From NCBI GenBank assembly GCA_947177165.1, contig CAMWTP010000020.1:5238-69237 (forward strand): a stretch of 64,000 bases of DNA, read 5' to 3'. This document shows positions 59,957-64,000 of the stretch, in pieces (within the stretch, counting starts at the first letter, position 1; each line of letters starts with the position of its first letter). The notes beneath the pieces are model-generated. The model was not told the origin of the DNA. It did not search any database and saw only the letters and a list, made by a program, of their open reading frames with translations. Both the position numbers and the translations under genes were made by a program. The DNA comes from an uncultured Lachnospiraceae bacterium (lineage in GTDB: Bacteria; Bacillota; Clostridia; Lachnospirales; Lachnospiraceae).

Positions 59957-60924
59957 AATATCGCATTCTCCTCCAGTATCTTCTCAATGACATCATCCTC
60001 ACTGATTCCCTCGCTGACAGCGTCAAAGCTCAGGATAATACGATGTCTGAGCACAGGAAACGCCGTTTCTTTCACATCCTGAAACGAGACGTTAAACCGT
60101 CCCTCCAGAAAAGCCTTCGCCCTTGATGCGCGGATAAGTGCCTGCGCAGCCCGCGGGCTGGCGCCCTCCTTGATATAAGGATTCCCGGCATGAGTGTCCA
60201 TGACGATATTTAACAGATAGTCCATCACCGCATCAGCAATCGGAATCTGGTTTACCAAAGCCCTCGCCGCCATCAATCCAGCGCTGTCCATCTGCTTTGT
60301 AATCACCGGTTCCTGACTTCCCTCTGTCAGTGCAACAATGCCTTTTAGCTCCTCCCTCGACGGAAAGCGAACCAGTATCTTGAACATAAAACGGTCCAGC
60401 TGTGCCTCCGGCAGGGGATACGTTCCTTCGTTTTCAATGGGATTCTGCGTGGCAAGCACAAAAAAGGGCTCCACGAGAGCATGGCTGTCATTTCCCACGG
60501 TCACTGTGTGCTCCTGCATCGCCTCCAGCAGTGCCGACTGCGTCTTTGGCGTGGCACGGTTGATCTCATCCGCCAGAATCAGGTTTGCAAAAATCGGCCC
60601 GCGCTCAAAGGAAAAAGCGCTTCCCTGTTCGTTCTTGATAATAATGTTCGTCCCTGTCACATCGCTTGGCATCAGATCCGGTGTAAACTGAATCCGCTTG
60701 AATGACAAGTCAAAGACCTTACTGATCGTGCTGACCAGTCTCGTCTTGCCCAGCCCCGGCATCCCTTCCAGTAACACATTGCCCCCTGTGAGCATGGCAA
60801 GCATGACCTGACGAATGATCTCGCGCTGTCCGATAATGCCCTTCTGAATCTCCTGTTCGCAGGCGGCAATCCGCTGCGCCATGTACGCCGGGTCTGGCAG
60901 TCCACCATTCACCCATTCACTCAT
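59953..60924 (-). CDS. MoxR-family AAA+ ATPase
   Basis: LEGMPGLGKT, RIQFTPDLMPSD, DEINRATPKTQSALLEAM, ATQNPIE.EGTYPLPEAQLDRF. Confidence 0.96.
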   Translation of the reverse strand: MSEWVNGGLPDPAYMAQRIAACEQEIQKGIIGQREIIRQVMLAMLTGGNVLLEGMPGLGKTRLVSTISKVFDLSFKRIQFTPDLMPSDVTGTNIIIKNEQGSAFSFERGPIFANLILADEINRATPKTQSALLEAMQEHTVTVGNDSHALVEPFFVLATQNPIENEGTYPLPEAQLDRFMFKILVRFPSREELKGIVALTEGSQEPVITKQMDSAGLMAARALVNQIPIADAVMDYLLNIVMDTHAGNPYIKEGASPRAAQALIRASRAKAFLEGRFNVSFQDVKETAFPVLRHRIILSFDAVSEGISEDDVIEKILEENAIL

Positions 60925-60960
60925 ATCCTTCTATCCTCCATAAACTTTTTTCAACAGCTC

Positions 60961-62283
60961 CTAATTAAAATTCGAGAAATACTCCTTGATAATCTCCTCC
61001 ATACCGCTGGGATACTTCCCCGCCGCAATTCCCTCATAGGCATTCTGCTCATAGCTCCCGATCACCGCCTCGTAAGACATATGTGTTCCCTCCCAGCTCA
61101 GGCCGTTCTGGGCATGAAAATACCCTGAGGCATCGTGGTCCACCGCATTTCCTGTGAGATTGCCGCTGTCGGCGATATCATTCGGAATGCTGACATAGTC
61201 ATGCGGTGTATCACTGGTTCCGGTTCCCCTGCCGTTTCCAGCTTCGCCGTTCTGACCATTGCCGCCATTTCCATTCGCGCCCGGCTGTCCATCCTGTCCA
61301 TTTTGCCCGCCACTGCCATCTTGTCCGTTCTGTCCGCTTTGTCCATTGCCGCCGCTATTTCCGTTGCTGCCGGATTGTCCGTTCTGTCCATTTTGACCGT
61401 TTTGTCCTTTTCCGCTGTCATTGCCGGACTGCCCTGTATTTCCCCTGGCAAGCTGCGACCCGCTCATCTGCTGCATCTTATCTGACAAGGCCTGCATGGA
61501 CTCCGCCGTGACAGGCGACACCGCCGCCCCGTTCTGAAGACTCTGTGCGAGGTCTGCCAGCTGACTGCTCATATTCTCATATCTGTAATTCAGCTTTTCC
61601 GCCGCTGCCTGCAGCATCTCGTTTGAGAAAGCCTGCTGGTACTCCGACTGGGAAGCCTGCAGACTCTCGATCATCTCCTGCAGCACTGCCTGCTGTTCCG
61701 GTGTCAGCTCCTCCTGCCCCAGCTGCTCCAACGCATCCACAAGCTCCTCGATTTCTTCCGTCTTCTCCTTTGCCTCCTCCCTGACACTGTGCAGCTCCCT
61801 GGCGTGCTCTTTCATCTCCGAGGGCAGCAGTGCAAGGACGAGCAGCACCGCAAGCAGTCCCATAAGAGAACCAATCTTCTTCCACGGGGGCAGCAATGCA
61901 ATCCGTATTTTGTCCTGATGCAGCTGCAGCTGTCGTATGGCGTCCGCGCGCTGAAGTTCAACCAGCGCACCTTCTTTTTCCAGATTCCCATAGGCAGTGA
62001 CAATCCGCTCGTCAAAGCCGAAGCTGTCCATCACAAGCGCGGTCTGCTCCATGCCTGTCCGCGCCACATACGCCGCCGCCAATGCCGTCAGCAGCGCGAG
62101 AAACAGCGCCAGAACCGCATAAAGTCCAGCATAGTAAACAGGTATCACAAAAGACGCTGCCTGGAAAACGATTCCCACACCAGCGCCGATACCCAGCGCA
62201 GACACCAGCTTTCCCAAAAAGCCTGCCAAATTTAACCTGCGCCTGCAATCCTGTATCACTTTTACAAACTCACTCTGCCCCAT
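60961..62283 (-). CDS. Membrane-anchored coiled-coil protein with Gly-X-Y low-complexity tract
   Basis: Three TMs, D..G..ER..TA motif, Glu/Gln-rich helical region, GQN-type triplets, C-terminal YP...EEIIKEYF. Confidence 0.85.
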   Translation of the reverse strand: MGQSEFVKVIQDCRRRLNLAGFLGKLVSALGIGAGVGIVFQAASFVIPVYYAGLYAVLALFLALLTALAAAYVARTGMEQTALVMDSFGFDERIVTAYGNLEKEGALVELQRADAIRQLQLHQDKIRIALLPPWKKIGSLMGLLAVLLVLALLPSEMKEHARELHSVREEAKEKTEEIEELVDALEQLGQEELTPEQQAVLQEMIESLQASQSEYQQAFSNEMLQAAAEKLNYRYENMSSQLADLAQSLQNGAAVSPVTAESMQALSDKMQQMSGSQLARGNTGQSGNDSGKGQNGQNGQNGQSGSNGNSGGNGQSGQNGQDGSGGQNGQDGQPGANGNGGNGQNGEAGNGRGTGTSDTPHDYVSIPNDIADSGNLTGNAVDHDASGYFHAQNGLSWEGTHMSYEAVIGSYEQNAYEGIAAGKYPSGMEEIIKEYFSNFN

Positions 62284-62307
62284 ACAATTCCCCCACTGTC
62301 TCCTGCC

Positions 62308-63246
62308 TCAGACGTTGTTCTTTTCCGCCTTGGAATTCCTCAGTTTTTTGCGTCCCGAAGTACGTATAGAAGTGGTATTCATGGGATTCACTTTCCACGC
62401 TGCCACAATCATAAACAGAAGCGACAATCCCAGAATACACGCCGCCGACAAGAACATCCACACTTTTCCCTGAGAAAGATAATATGTCAAAAAACCGACC
62501 TCTCCCCTGCTAAACGTAGAACCCTCTGCCCCAAATACAGATGATCCCGTCATAATCTGCATGAAAAATTCCTCGAAGAACACACCCGGGTTGAACAGCA
62601 GAAACAGCGGCGTCTCCCCCACACTGTCCCCTTCTGTCCACAAAAGGTTCAGAATCATGGGAACAAAAGTCAGGATATAGATCACAAAGTAGATTGCAAA
62701 TGACAAAACCACCGCCGATATGGACCTGCGGCAGAATGAAGAACAAAAAATACCAATACTGCCCGAGAGCACCGACAGCAGGATAATGGTGAGCACAAAG
62801 TAAACAAGACTGCTCCACGCCAGACCTCCCACAACAAACGCCAAAGCCATGACCGGCATTCCCGCAGCCACGAAAAAAAGGATACGGATGACCGCAGATA
62901 TCACCTTTCCCAGCACGATCGAAAAAGGAGACATACAGGTGGTCAGCATAATATCAAAGGTCTGCCGCTCCTTCTCACCTGAAATGGAGGACGCCGTAAT
63001 AATCGGAACAATCAGCGCCACAATACACACCTGCGCCACGGCAAGCACCGGAAACAGATAGATCAGATAACTGTAAATATTTCTGCTGCTGTAATAGCTG
63101 TCACTTTCCGCCTGTATCACTGCCAATGCCAGCAGAAACGCCAGCACAAGCACTGCGTCGTAGGCAAACAGCCCCCAGCTTAAACGCATACTGCGCGCTG
63201 TCACCTGCAGATCTTTCTTCACAATCGGATTCCACCTTATTTTCAC
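62308..63246 (-). CDS. ABC-2-type transporter permease
   Basis: NPIVKKDL, SISGEKERQTFDIMLTT..SPFSIVLGK; multiple TMs. Confidence 0.9.
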   Translation of the reverse strand: MKIRWNPIVKKDLQVTARSMRLSWGLFAYDAVLVLAFLLALAVIQAESDSYYSSRNIYSYLIYLFPVLAVAQVCIVALIVPIITASSISGEKERQTFDIMLTTCMSPFSIVLGKVISAVIRILFFVAAGMPVMALAFVVGGLAWSSLVYFVLTIILLSVLSGSIGIFCSSFCRRSISAVVLSFAIYFVIYILTFVPMILNLLWTEGDSVGETPLFLLFNPGVFFEEFFMQIMTGSSVFGAEGSTFSRGEVGFLTYYLSQGKVWMFLSAACILGLSLLFMIVAAWKVNPMNTTSIRTSGRKKLRNSKAEKNNV

Positions 63247-64000
63247 TGTGCACCACCTCCTGTCAGCTGCATAAACAACGATTCCAGACTGCCTTCCTCC
63301 CTGTAAAAACCTGTCAGAACCACCTGATTCTGAATCAACTGCCCGATCAATGCACTCATCCGCTCGTCTGTGTCATTGTTTGTGATGATAACCTCATTCT
63401 CCCTGACGGATTCCACCGCCACGCCCGCCTGCTCCATCAAAAAACGGACAGCAGTATCCATACCGGACGCAATCTGAATATGGATACGTTTCCCCCCGGC
63501 AACCTGCTTCATAATGTCATCAATGCGCCCTGCCATAATCAGCTGCCCGCGGTTCATAATTCCGATGCTTGTACACATCTCAGAGAGCTCAGAGAGAATG
63601 TGGGAACTAATCACAATCGTCTTTCCCATAGAATGCAGATTCTTTAAGAGCTCCTTCATCTCCACCCGTGCTCTCGGATCCAGACCAGAGCTCGGCTCGT
63701 CCAATATCAGAAGTTTCGGATTGTGAAGCAGCGCCCTCGCCACGCAGAGGCGCTGCTTCATACCGCGCGAGAGCGCGTCCACATAGAATTCTCTCTTGTC
63801 CGAAAGGTTTACGAGCTCCAGAAGATCATCTGTCAGCCTGGCGATATCGCGCGGCCGCATCCCGTACATGGAACCATAGAAATCCATATATTCATGTACT
63901 TTTAGATTGTCATAGACTCCAAAAAAATCCGGCACATATCCAATCAGCCGTTTCATCTCTTTACTGCCCATCGGTGCGTTGGTATTTCCGATCTGCACAG
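63243..64000 (-). CDS. ABC transporter ATP-binding subunit, 5' end beyond the window
   Basis: IGYVPD, LSRGMKQRL, LILDEP, ISSHILSEL; the Walker A motif lies outside the window. Confidence 0.93.
   Translation of the reverse strand, partial: VQIGNTNAPMGSKEMKRLIGYVPDFFGVYDNLKVHEYMDFYGSMYGMRPRDIARLTDDLLELVNLSDKREFYVDALSRGMKQRLCVARALLHNPKLLILDEPSSGLDPRARVEMKELLKNLHSMGKTIVISSHILSELSEMCTSIGIMNRGQLIMAGRIDDIMKQVAGGKRIHIQIASGMDTAVRFLMEQAGVAVESVRENEVIITNNDTDERMSALIGQLIQNQVVLTGFYREEGSLESLFMQLTGGGAQ

Overview
A gene-dense, mostly minus-strand core-chromosome window from a Firmicute; the gene content and order fit a Lachnospiraceae-type gut anaerobe (inference). Housekeeping loci are rel (cut at the left edge), apt, groES-groEL with a perfect CIRCE, ppk1-ppx-pheA, pyrBI, a His-rich COG0523 GTPase pair, rnpB, the dgt-dnaG-sigA-trmK-nif3 cluster, a tRNA-Leu with the uncommon AAG anticodon, and secG-rnr-smpB. 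I found no CRISPR array, integrase or transposase. Five signals stand out. (1) An unannotated 33-codon, U-rich leader ORF whose stop codon overlaps a terminator-like hairpin ahead of pyrBI, resembling enteric pyrL-type attenuation rather than Firmicute PyrR control. (2) A minimal stand-alone glycyl-radical 'spare part' gene with a perfect 16-bp palindrome centred at -41.5, next to a Crp/Fnr regulator. (3) An ABC-MoxR-DUF58-vWA operon with an apparently fused 1525-aa triple-vWA protein and a partner carrying 16 consecutive Gly-X-Y triplets. (4) 48-bp tandem repeats inside the groES-groEL spacer. (5) A multi-stem candidate RNA upstream of a PHP-HAD fusion gene. All family calls come from reading motifs by eye; no database searches were run.
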